DNA of 38,722 nucleotides from an uncultured Myxococcia bacterium (lineage in GTDB: Bacteria > CAZTWC01), in contig CAZTWC010000006.1 in assembly GCA_964617105.1 (NCBI GenBank), positions 1-38,722 on the forward strand, read 5' to 3'. The translations under genes were made by a program, and so were the position numbers. Below are positions 9,614-18,234 of this stretch, one piece after another. The notes under the pieces are model-generated. The model saw only the letters and a list, made by a program, of their open reading frames with translations, made no database searches and was not told the origin of the DNA. Every line of letters starts with the position of its first letter. Within the stretch, counting starts at the first letter, position 1.

Positions 9614-10732
9614 TTAGAGTTTTCGGCAGACCTCTTCGGCTACTTCCAGAGTGGTGTTGCTGCCGCCCATGTCGTAGGTGCGCACTTTCTCTCCCGCCAC
9701 TACTTCGGCCACTGCTTTTTCCAGTTTGGCGGCTTCTGCGCCCAAACCCAAATAATCCAGCATCAGTTTGCTGGAAAGCAGCATGGCGATAGGATTGACT
9801 TTGTATTGCCCTTCATACTTTGGAGCCGAGCCGTGGGTAGGCTCAAAAACAGCATAGTTGTCACCGATATTGGCTGAACTGGCAAAACCCAGTCCGCCGG
9901 TCATCTGGGCACACAGATCAGAAAGGATATCACCGAACATATTTTCCGCCACCAGAATATCGTAGTCATAGGGGTTTTTCAACAGCCACATACAGGTGGC
10001 ATCGATATTGGTTTCATAATACTTGATCTCCGGATAATCTTTGGCCACTTTGCGGGCTTCCCGGATCATCAAACCACCGGTTTCCCGCAACACATTGGGC
10101 TTTTCCACCACGGTTACGCTGGTCCGTTTATTTTTACGGGCAAAATCAAAACCCTGGGTCACAATATTGCGACACTTGCCTCTGGTCATAATCCTGGTAG
10201 AGATAGCCATATCTTCCAATGCCACATGAGCAAATTTCTCAGTTTTGGCATGATGTTTTTTTAAAGTGGCAAAAACCTCTTCCGGCACGGGGTGAAATTC
10301 CACTCCAGCGTATAATCCTTCGGTATTTTCTCTAAATACCACCAGGTCAATATCATTTTTTAAATTGAGCGGATTTCCCGGATAAGCCTTGCAGGGACGC
10401 ATGTTAGTGTGGAGGTCGAACTCCTGGCGCAACCTGACGATGGGGCTGAAATAGACATATCCTTTGTCCTTTAATTCTGGCGCTAACTCTTTGTCAGCCT
10501 CCTCCTTGGGTTTGGAGGTGATAGCGCCGAACAGGCAGCAGTCGGTATTTCTCAATACTTTCAAAGTGCGCTCGGGCAGTGGCTCTCCCTCTTTGCACCA
10601 GAACTCCCAACCGATATCACCGTGGATATACTCTGCATCCAGTTTCAATTTATCCAGCACCATTCTGGCAGCTTCCATAACTTCTTTTCCTACCCCGTCA
10701 CCGGGTAGCCAGGCGATTTTGTACTTAGCCAT
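9614..10732 (-). CDS. Isocitrate/isopropylmalate/homoisocitrate dehydrogenase family protein
   Basis: Motifs LPGDGVG, LFGAITS, YFSPIVRLRQ, FRENTEGLY, EKPNV, NMFGDILSD and FEPTHGSAPKY. ATG 10732 follows an AAGGAG RBS. Confidence 0.9.
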   Translation of the reverse strand: MAKYKIAWLPGDGVGKEVMEAARMVLDKLKLDAEYIHGDIGWEFWCKEGEPLPERTLKVLRNTDCCLFGAITSKPKEEADKELAPELKDKGYVYFSPIVRLRQEFDLHTNMRPCKAYPGNPLNLKNDIDLVVFRENTEGLYAGVEFHPVPEEVFATLKKHHAKTEKFAHVALEDMAISTRIMTRGKCRNIVTQGFDFARKNKRTSVTVVEKPNVLRETGGLMIREARKVAKDYPEIKYYETNIDATCMWLLKNPYDYDILVAENMFGDILSDLCAQMTGGLGFASSANIGDNYAVFEPTHGSAPKYEGQYKVNPIAMLLSSKLMLDYLGLGAEAAKLEKAVAEVVAGEKVRTYDMGGSNTTLEVAEEVCRKL

Positions 10733-10817
10733 GATTTTCTCCTTGTTTTTAGGGTTCACGCAAAAATAAAAGTGTACCCTGCGGTTGATGGACTTTTAGT
10801 GTTTACAATTACATCAT

Positions 10818-11339
10818 CTATTCAGTGTCTGTCCGGGCGATTTGATCCCGTACATAAGGAACCAGCCCCCCTTTTTCTACAATGGCCATAATTTCTGAAC
10901 TTAACGGGGGAAAGGTAAACTTTTTATTACCTACCAAGATTTGACCTTTGCTGAAAGAGATTTCCACTTTTTGACCGGCCTCGATATAATCCACCGCCTG
11001 AGGCGATTGGATTACCAGCAAACCCTGGTTGATGGCGTTGCGAAAAAAAATGCGGGCAAAAGAGCGGGCGATCACCGCTGATACACCAGCATACTTAAGG
11101 CAAATAGCTGCCTGTTCCCGGGAAGATCCGCAGCCAAAATTTTTCCCGGCTACAATTACATCACCGGATTTAACCTGGGAAATGAAATCTGGATCCAAAT
11201 CTTCCAGGGCGTGTTGAGCCATCTCTTGTTTGTCACTGATGGTGTAGGTGTATTTTCCGGGAAAAATTACATCGGTATTGATATCATCTCCGTAACACCA
11301 GGCCTTTCCCTGCACCTGGTCTAAAAACTTCTCTGCCAT
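10818..11339 (-). CDS. LeuD/HacB-family hydro-lyase small subunit
   Basis: Motifs [27 protein letters not shown] and [15 protein letters not shown]. Start set at ATG 11339 (MAEKF). Confidence 0.88.
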   Translation of the reverse strand: MAEKFLDQVQGKAWCYGDDINTDVIFPGKYTYTISDKQEMAQHALEDLDPDFISQVKSGDVIVAGKNFGCGSSREQAAICLKYAGVSAVIARSFARIFFRNAINQGLLVIQSPQAVDYIEAGQKVEISFSKGQILVGNKKFTFPPLSSEIMAIVEKGGLVPYVRDQIARTDTE

Positions 11340-11376
11340 AATACCACCCTTAAATTCCAATATTTACTATAACAAA

Positions 11377-11417
11377 TATTAACACCTAAAATCAGTAACG
11401 GATTTTAGGTGTTAATA
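11377..11417. repeat. Perfect 17-bp inverted repeat with 7-nt loop
   Basis: TATTAACACCTAAAATC-agtaacg-GATTTTAGGTGTTAATA, lying between the large- and small-subunit genes. Confidence 0.85.
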
Positions 11418-11511
11418 GATTAAAATCCAGAACTATTCGACTGTCAACTGTTTTTTCAATCCAGTTCCGGATAGAGCCCTATCTGAACCGCGAACATGCA
11501 GCAGCCATTAA

Positions 11512-12765
11512 TCAAACAAACTCTCGAGGATCAGTGACTCTTCCCCTTACGCAGGAAGCAGCCACGGTGGCCGGGCTGGCCAGAAAGATCTCCGACTCTT
11601 TGCACCCCATGCGGCCTTTGAAATTACGATTGGCGGTGGAAAGACATTTCTCTCCCGGCGCCAATGCTCCCTGGTGGGCGCCCAGACATGGTCCGCAGCC
11701 CGGATTCATCACCACCGCACCGGCTTTTGACAGAGTAGCGAGCAGCCCCATTTTCATAGCCTGCAAATAGATCTCCCGGGAAGCAGGAAAAACCAGCAGA
11801 CGGATATCAGGATGAACTTGTTGCCCATCCAAAATTTCAGCCGCCACCTCCAGGTCTTCCAGCCGGCCGTTGGTGCAGGTGCCGATTAACCCCTGGTTGA
11901 ATTTCATCCCCATCTTCTTTCCTACGCTACAGGTGTTGTCCACTGTATGGGGCAAAGCCATAGTTGGCTCGACCTGGGAGGCGTCGATATTTATCTGTTC
12001 GCTGAAAACAGCGTCAGGATCGGACTTGACGATTTCGATCTGGTCGGCGTACCTCCCCTTTAACCAATCAGCCACCTTTTTGTCCGCCTCCACATAACCG
12101 ATTTTGGCCCCCATCTCGGCAGCCATGTTGCAAAGCAGCATCCGGCCAGCAATACTCATATCGTGAATGGTCTGACCGGCAAACCATACCGCCTTGTACA
12201 GGGCTCCGTCAGCACCAATTTTACCGATTATGTGGAGTGCTAAATCCTTGGGAAAGACCCCGGCCGGCAACGTATTTTCCACTTTGATAACCATAGTTTC
12301 CGGTACCCGCAGCCAAATCTCGCCAGTGGCCCATAGGGCTGCTGCTTCACTGCGGCCAATTCCGGCTGAAAAAGCGCCAAAAGCACCGTGAGTAGTGGTA
12401 TGGGAATCGCTGCCTAAAACCAGTTGGCCCGGCCTCACCAACCCCTTTTCCGGCATCACCTGGTGGCAGACTCCCTGTTCGATATCATAAAAATTGGTGA
12501 TCTGCTGATCAAAGACAAACTGGCGGATTGTTTGATGATTTTGAGCGTATTTTTCACTGGCTGCCGGCACACAGTGATCGAGGATGATCACCACTTTGTC
12601 CGGAATAGTCACCTTTTTGGCTCCCAATTGAGCAAAAGTCTTTGAGATAGCCGCTGAATTATCATGAGACAATACCCGGTCGGGCCTGGCCATCACTATC
12701 TCTCCCGCCTGCACCTGCCTACCCACTTTTTGACCAAGAATTTTTTCGGCAAAGGTTAACCCCAT
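11512..12765 (-). CDS. LeuC/HacA-family large subunit (3-isopropylmalate dehydratase/homoaconitase)
   Basis: Motifs ILDH, GVCHQV, GSDSHTTTHGA, IGTCTNGR, NPGCGPCLG and STANRNFKGRMG; GAGGA RBS upstream. Confidence 0.9.
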   Translation of the reverse strand: MGLTFAEKILGQKVGRQVQAGEIVMARPDRVLSHDNSAAISKTFAQLGAKKVTIPDKVVIILDHCVPAASEKYAQNHQTIRQFVFDQQITNFYDIEQGVCHQVMPEKGLVRPGQLVLGSDSHTTTHGAFGAFSAGIGRSEAAALWATGEIWLRVPETMVIKVENTLPAGVFPKDLALHIIGKIGADGALYKAVWFAGQTIHDMSIAGRMLLCNMAAEMGAKIGYVEADKKVADWLKGRYADQIEIVKSDPDAVFSEQINIDASQVEPTMALPHTVDNTCSVGKKMGMKFNQGLIGTCTNGRLEDLEVAAEILDGQQVHPDIRLLVFPASREIYLQAMKMGLLATLSKAGAVVMNPGCGPCLGAHQGALAPGEKCLSTANRNFKGRMGCKESEIFLASPATVAASCVRGRVTDPREFV

Positions 12766-12824
12766 TTTATTTTCCTCCTGAAGATAACAAACTCGTAAAA
12801 ATTACCAATAGAGCCGGCTAAAGA

Positions 12825-13019
12825 TTATGACAAAGGTTTTTCCTGTTTCGACCACACTGGCCCGCGTATCTTGACCGAATTGGGAGAACTCCAGGTTAGC
12901 CGCCATTCCATCTGGCATTTTGGACAGGCTGAAGTTGATTGATTTACCTGGGGAACAAAACGCTCAAAACAATTCAAACACCTTACCTGGCCTTTGCGGC
13001 CCTTTTTTCTCTCAGCCAT
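12825..13019 (-). CDS. Small zinc-ribbon-like protein of unknown function (64 aa)
   Basis: CLNC...CPKC pair. The start overlaps the upstream gene's stop and is preceded by GGAG; the ORF fills the intergenic space. Confidence 0.7.
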   Translation of the reverse strand: MAERKKGRKGQVRCLNCFERFVPQVNQSTSACPKCQMEWRLTWSSPNSVKIRGPVWSKQEKPLS

Positions 13020-14373
13020 TTATTTCTCCATCTGGTGCACTGTTCAGCAATTCACCATCAAGGGATTTTTCAAAACCCCTCAAAGCCCAAACCGAACTTT
13101 TGTTTTTGCCAATCTTACTTCTGGCTATAATTTCGGGCAGGTCATCTCCGCTCAATACCAACCCCAGCATACCGCCAACCCGCTGAACGCAGCCCAACGC
13201 CTGGGCACCGGCTACTCGATTGTTGTCCAGAATCAGGCAAAATTGAGATTTTAACCCCTTATGGGCATCATAAAGCAACCTGTATTTTCCATTAGTCAGA
13301 TCCGCGGAAATAGCGCCAACTGAGGCAACAGTCGATTCATACAAACAGAGACTGGTTACATTCAAACTGCCGGAATATTTACGCTTGGCCCCGGCGGCGT
13401 TAGCCCCGGCAATCTGACCCTGGCTGCGGGCATTGTTCCAGAGCATATAGAGACCGGGCTTTTTAGTGACGCGGTCAACAGTTTCCAGGCAGTCACCACA
13501 CGCCCAAACATCTTGGGCGCTGGTCTCCAGGTGTTCGTTTACCTCGATACCACCCATAGGACCCAACTTGATCCCCGCCTTTTGGGCCAATTCTACCTCT
13601 GGCCGCATACCGGTAACCATCAGAACCAGGTCGGTTTTCAGAGTCCGCTGGTCGGTTTTAACTCCGGTAACTGTGGTTGAGCCCTGAATCTCCACCAATT
13701 TTTCTGATGTCAAGACTCTTATACCTTCTCTTTCCAGGATATTTTTCACCTGATTGGCGATCACCGGGTCAAACAATCTTGGCAAAAGGCGATCTAAAAT
13801 CTCGACAATAACCACCTCAACACCCCGATGCTTCAAGGCAATAGCCGCCTCGATACCAATCGGGCCGCTGCCTACCACTATTGCCCTTTTTCCGGCAGCC
13901 GATTTTTTAGTACTCAAAGTTGTCCGGTCGAGAAATTTGATAATTTGATCAGCATCATTTAAGGTTTTGAGCGAAAATACACCGGGCAGAGAACTTCCGG
14001 GAACCGGCGGTAAAGTCGGACGGCTTCCTGTGGCCAGAATCAATTTTTGATAATTGATATCTTCCCCCTCTTGTACAGAGAGCAGGTGTTTTTCAACATC
14101 TATTTTACACACCCGTTTCGATAAGAGCAGTTGAATATCTTGCTGCTGATAATCTTGGCTGGAACGGAGGATTACCCGTTCTCTGGGAATTTCTCCGCCA
14201 ATATAATCGGCCAGCACACAGGCGCTATAGAGAGGGGTGGTATCTTCTGAGATTATCATCACCCGTGCCTGAGCATCGATCTTTCTAGCGGCCAGGGCTG
14301 CCTCGTCACCCGCTATGCCGTTGCCAATAATGACGATGGCTTTTTTAGAGTCGGTTTTTTTCATCTTAGCCAC
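13012..14373 (-). CDS. FAD-dependent NAD(H) oxidoreductase (pyridine nucleotide-disulfide family; AorC-like)
   Basis: Motifs IIGNGIAG, LILATGS, VVGSGPIGIE and WACGD; overlaps the moaD stop. Confidence 0.85.
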   Translation of the reverse strand: MAKMKKTDSKKAIVIIGNGIAGDEAALAARKIDAQARVMIISEDTTPLYSACVLADYIGGEIPRERVILRSSQDYQQQDIQLLLSKRVCKIDVEKHLLSVQEGEDINYQKLILATGSRPTLPPVPGSSLPGVFSLKTLNDADQIIKFLDRTTLSTKKSAAGKRAIVVGSGPIGIEAAIALKHRGVEVVIVEILDRLLPRLFDPVIANQVKNILEREGIRVLTSEKLVEIQGSTTVTGVKTDQRTLKTDLVLMVTGMRPEVELAQKAGIKLGPMGGIEVNEHLETSAQDVWACGDCLETVDRVTKKPGLYMLWNNARSQGQIAGANAAGAKRKYSGSLNVTSLCLYESTVASVGAISADLTNGKYRLLYDAHKGLKSQFCLILDNNRVAGAQALGCVQRVGGMLGLVLSGDDLPEIIARSKIGKNKSSVWALRGFEKSLDGELLNSAPDGEING

Positions 14374-14665
14374 CGGCCATCATAAATATAAAAGAGATAG
14401 TGTCACCGTCTTCAAGCTGATGTTCCAAATCCTCCCGCTCTATCCACTCGGCTTCATTCTTGAGCACTTGAACCGTGTTTAAAACACCTTTTTTACCAAT
14501 AATGGCCTTTTCAACCGGAGCGCCATATTTAGTCTTCAGATGATTTAAAAATTGGCCAAAAGTCAAAGGCAAAGAGTCAGTTTCTATCTTCTCATCTTCA
14601 ATAGAAAGATTTTTTAATTGGGGAAAACCAATGATTTTGACCTTTATTTGACAGGATGAGTTCAT
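14366..14665 (-). CDS. MoaD/ThiS-family ubiquitin-like sulfur carrier
   Basis: 99 aa ending LEDGDTISFIFMMAGG (C-terminal di-glycine). Confidence 0.88.
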   Translation of the reverse strand: MNSSCQIKVKIIGFPQLKNLSIEDEKIETDSLPLTFGQFLNHLKTKYGAPVEKAIIGKKGVLNTVQVLKNEAEWIEREDLEHQLEDGDTISFIFMMAGG

Positions 14666-14667
14666 TA

Positions 14668-15147
14668 TCAGGAGTCTCTTTTCAGGGCATGATAAAGTTT
14701 TATTGCTTTTGATCTTTTTTGCACAGATGCCAACTGTTCTTCATCAATATATTGAAGAGCCTTGGTGTCACAAAACTTGACACAGGTGGGATCGCCCTGG
14801 CAATGGTTACAGCGCAATATTTTCTTGCCTTTGCCGTCAAAAGATATTCCGCCCAAAGGACAAATCGACAGGCAGGCCCGGCAGCCGATACAGAGATTGT
14901 CATCGGTAACCACCACTCCCCTGGAATTATCGCGGAAAATAGCGTTGACCGGACATACCGAAGCACATAAGGGCACCTCGCAGTGCTGGCATACCATAGG
15001 AAGATTATAGCCCTCCATCTCCCACTTGATCACCTGGATCCTGGCCCGGCTGGGATCGCTCTGATGTTCATTTTTTACCGAGCAAACCATTTCGCAAATG
15101 CGGCAACCTGTACAACGTTCGTGATCAACAACAAGGATTTTACTCAT
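14668..15147 (-). CDS. 4x[4Fe-4S] electron-transfer subunit (AorA/DmsB/CooF-like)
   Basis: Cys clusters CTGCRICEMVC, CQHCEVPLCASVCP, CIGCRACLSICP and CNHCQGDPTCVKFC. ATG 15147 follows a GGAGG RBS. Confidence 0.9.
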   Translation of the reverse strand: MSKILVVDHERCTGCRICEMVCSVKNEHQSDPSRARIQVIKWEMEGYNLPMVCQHCEVPLCASVCPVNAIFRDNSRGVVVTDDNLCIGCRACLSICPLGGISFDGKGKKILRCNHCQGDPTCVKFCDTKALQYIDEEQLASVQKRSKAIKLYHALKRDS

Positions 15148-17059
15148 GGCCGCACCTCCTCTCCATTGGCTCAAGGTTGGCATACTCTTTTGGCAAGTTC
15201 AACCGCTGGATAGTTTCCGGGGTTGGCACTCCATCATTGTCCCAGCCATGAATTTGGTAATATTCATCCAACATTTGCTTAAATTTGTCCGGATCGATGG
15301 TTTTGCCCCGCACTATCTCGAGCCCGGCTGGAGTAGGCTCTTTGAAAAACCGCTCCGGTAGAGCATCATCCTTCCGGGAAGCCCCTTCACGGATATTAAA
15401 CAAACGCTCCAGGTTGTATATCCTCTCTCCGGTTTCCATCAACTGGGCTGGAGTAAACTTCATCCCGGTGTTCAGTTCAATCAGGCGGCTATATTCTTCC
15501 CATTTGGGCATATTGGGAGAGAGAAACACGGTTTGAAACTTGCAAATTCCCAGGGCATCTACCAGGGCATAGAGACATTCTTGCCAAAACACCATCCAGG
15601 GCTTGCCCTGGTAATCACGGTAATCACTGGTCAATCCCGGCCGGCCAAAAATCTTTTCCAGCACTTTGGGCGGCAAATGGTAAAGGTCTATAGCGGGACG
15701 GCTGCGAAGATGATCCATTCCCCTGGTAGCCGTGGCAATCCCCAGAGCCAAAGAGGGAGTGGGCCGCTCATCTGAGTGAAGGCCGCTCATCCCTTTGACA
15801 TTAATATTATAATAGGCTGTTTCCGGGCCCAATTTCTCAATCGCCCCCAATGGCCCTTCAGCCAGGATATCACCCAATCCTCTCCTATGGGCTATATCCT
15901 CGACCAATTGCAAAACCGCATCCATATTACCCCAGCTGAGGTCAATATCTTTAATCATCTCTTTGGGCAGCAATTTCTTTTCAAATAGTTCCATCGCCCA
16001 GGAGATCATACTGCCGGTTTCCAGGGTGTCCATGCCATAACGGTTCACCAGGTGATTGCCTTCCAAGGCCCGCAGCAGGTTGGCATTGCCCACCTCAGTG
16101 CCAAAAGCGCCCAGGGTGGTGTATTCCGGACCTTCAGCGTATTCACCTTTGTAGGGTCCCTCTTTGAAAGTATATTTATGGCGGCAGTGCATTGTGCAGC
16201 CAAAACAAGCCAGCACACCGTCTGAATAATCCTCCATCCCCTCACACTCCAACTGTTCCGAATTGGGCATCTGGTTACTCTGAAAATTTCGGGTCCGCAC
16301 CAGGCCGGTGGAATTGGTCACATCATAGATAAACATGGTGCCCCATTTTCCCATAATCTCGGCATATTTTGAGGACTGGATAAAGTTGACCAGTTCCTGG
16401 TGGTAGGCCAGAGCTCCCTCGGGATCAGCAATTTTAACCGGCAAGGTGCCGCGAACAGCAATCGCTTTTAAGTTTTTCGAACCCATAACCGCGCCCATAC
16501 CGGTTCGGCCGCCAGTATTTTTTGCACCGGTCCTAACATTGGCGAAGCGGACCAGATTTTCACCAGCCTGCCCGATAGTCATCGATTTTATCTCTTCATC
16601 GGCCATCTCTTCCCGGATTAAAGTCTGGGCTTGACTGGAGTCGGTTCCCCATAGACCCCGGGCATCACGGATCTCAATTTCACCATTGTGAATCCACAAA
16701 AAAACCGGTTTATCTGCCTGGCCCCGGATTAACAGATGGTCAAAACCGGCAAATCTCAATTCGGGTCCGAAAAAGCCGCCCATATTGGCGCTGCCGAGCA
16801 AGTTGGTAAGGGGAGATTTAGCGGCAATATTGGTACGGGCAGCCGCCGGGGCTGGAGTGCCGGTAAGCAATCCCGCACTTACCAAAAAAATATTTTCCGG
16901 TCCTAAAGGGTCAATACCCGGCTGTAAATATTTTAGCAAAAGATAAATATCTATTCCCCGGCCGCCCAAAAAACGTTGGCGAAGATCAATATCGATCTGC
17001 TCGATATCAATTTTACCAGTAGTAAGATCAATAATAGCGATTTTATTTGTTAAGGTCAT
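15140..17059 (-). CDS. aor: Tungsten-dependent aldehyde:ferredoxin oxidoreductase family catalytic subunit
   Basis: Motifs FLGGRG, KSPLT, GRTGMGAVMGSKNLKAIAV, CFGCTMHC, EGPEYTT, GICKF, GERIYNLER and EYYQIHGWD. Start set at ATG 17059. Confidence 0.93.
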   Translation of the reverse strand: MTLTNKIAIIDLTTGKIDIEQIDIDLRQRFLGGRGIDIYLLLKYLQPGIDPLGPENIFLVSAGLLTGTPAPAAARTNIAAKSPLTNLLGSANMGGFFGPELRFAGFDHLLIRGQADKPVFLWIHNGEIEIRDARGLWGTDSSQAQTLIREEMADEEIKSMTIGQAGENLVRFANVRTGAKNTGGRTGMGAVMGSKNLKAIAVRGTLPVKIADPEGALAYHQELVNFIQSSKYAEIMGKWGTMFIYDVTNSTGLVRTRNFQSNQMPNSEQLECEGMEDYSDGVLACFGCTMHCRHKYTFKEGPYKGEYAEGPEYTTLGAFGTEVGNANLLRALEGNHLVNRYGMDTLETGSMISWAMELFEKKLLPKEMIKDIDLSWGNMDAVLQLVEDIAHRRGLGDILAEGPLGAIEKLGPETAYYNINVKGMSGLHSDERPTPSLALGIATATRGMDHLRSRPAIDLYHLPPKVLEKIFGRPGLTSDYRDYQGKPWMVFWQECLYALVDALGICKFQTVFLSPNMPKWEEYSRLIELNTGMKFTPAQLMETGERIYNLERLFNIREGASRKDDALPERFFKEPTPAGLEIVRGKTIDPDKFKQMLDEYYQIHGWDNDGVPTPETIQRLNLPKEYANLEPMERRCGHE

Positions 17060-17106
17060 CTCTAGTAACTCCGAAATAATCATCAGATAAAATATTTTAA
17101 GAAGCC

Positions 17107-17125
17107 ATTATAGCAAATCTATAAT
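17107..17125 (-). promoter_or_regulatory. Candidate extended -10 promoter of the aor operon overlapped by a 7-bp inverted repeat
   Basis: Minus strand TGcTATAAT (17115-17107); palindrome ATTATAG-caaat-CTATAAT (17107-17125). Confidence 0.45.
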
Positions 17126-17187
17126 AACAAGAAAAGGCTAAAGGTTCAGGATAATAATGCGTTTCTCTGATCAGTTTTGGGCAGGGC

Positions 17188-18228
17188 TTAATTTAGACTT
17201 TCATAACCCTTTAAAATAGTTTCCTCGGTTTTTTCCCAGCCCAGGCAATTGTCGGTAATACTTACCCCATATTCAAAATGCCCCCCAAGGACAAATTTTT
17301 GACCGCCATCTTTTAGGTGAGATTCCATCATAAAACCCTTTATTCCTTTGGTGCCAGAGTTTATTTGAGATACCAGATCCATCAAGACCTCAGATTGCCG
17401 CTGGGGATCTTTATTGGAGTTTCCATGGCTGCAATCTACAATTAAGGCGGGGTTCAAACCGGATTCTTTCATAGTTTTCAAGGTTTTTTGCACAAAAAAA
17501 GCCTCATAGTTTGGCCCTAAATTTCCCCCTCTTAAGATCAGGTGGCAAAAGGGGTTGCCAAAGGTAAAAACTACGGCAACTTTTCCCTGGCTATCGATCC
17601 CTAAAAAATGGTGGGGCCGGTTGGCAGATTTCATGGCGTTTATCGCTACATCCACATTGCCGGTAGTGCCATTTTTAAAGCCCACTGGCGCTGAAAGCCC
17701 GGAGGCCATCTCCCGGTGAGTTTGAGACTCAGTGGTGCGGGCGCCTATAGCCACCCAGGAAACTAAGTCACCTAAAAACTGCGGGGTGATGGGGTCTAAA
17801 AACTCGGTACCCACCAAAAGTCCCTCGCCAGTTATTTGCAAAAGCAGGTCCCGGCTCTTTTTTAGCCCCTCTTCCATCTTAAAACTATTATCAATATGGG
17901 GGTCATTGACAAAGCCTTTCCAGCCCACAGTGGACCGGGGCTTTTCAAAATAGGTGCGCATAATAAGCAGCAGTTTATCGCTTACTTTCTCCTTTAATTT
18001 CAAAAGATTTCTACTGTATTCCAAAGCAGACTCTGGATCGTGTATTGAACAGGGCCCAATTATGGCCACCTTTTTGGAACTTTTCCCTGCTAAAATATCC
18101 TGAACCTCTTTTCGTCCCTCTAAAACAATTTTTCTATGAGACTCCAAAAGAGGTCGCTGCGATAACATCTCCTCTGGCGATGGTAGAGTTTCAAAGTATT
18201 TTACATGGGTATTTTTTATTTTAGTCAT
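17188..18228 (-). CDS. aroF: 3-deoxy-7-phosphoheptulonate (DAHP) synthase, class I alpha (AroF/G/H type)
   Basis: Motifs IIGPCSIHD, RTYFEKPRSTVGWKG, AIGARTTESQTHREMASGLS, GFKNGT and VDCSHGNS. The specific isozyme name is uncertain. Confidence 0.9.
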   Translation of the reverse strand: MTKIKNTHVKYFETLPSPEEMLSQRPLLESHRKIVLEGRKEVQDILAGKSSKKVAIIGPCSIHDPESALEYSRNLLKLKEKVSDKLLLIMRTYFEKPRSTVGWKGFVNDPHIDNSFKMEEGLKKSRDLLLQITGEGLLVGTEFLDPITPQFLGDLVSWVAIGARTTESQTHREMASGLSAPVGFKNGTTGNVDVAINAMKSANRPHHFLGIDSQGKVAVVFTFGNPFCHLILRGGNLGPNYEAFFVQKTLKTMKESGLNPALIVDCSHGNSNKDPQRQSEVLMDLVSQINSGTKGIKGFMMESHLKDGGQKFVLGGHFEYGVSITDNCLGWEKTEETILKGYESLN

Positions 18229-18234
18229 TATGAG

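Noticed and set aside
12825-13019. Zn-ribbon protein as the LysW carrier of the alpha-aminoadipate pathway, given the adjacent homoaconitase-like genes
   Set aside because: It lacks the acidic character and the C-terminal EDWGE motif. It is basic and translationally coupled to the AOR cluster.
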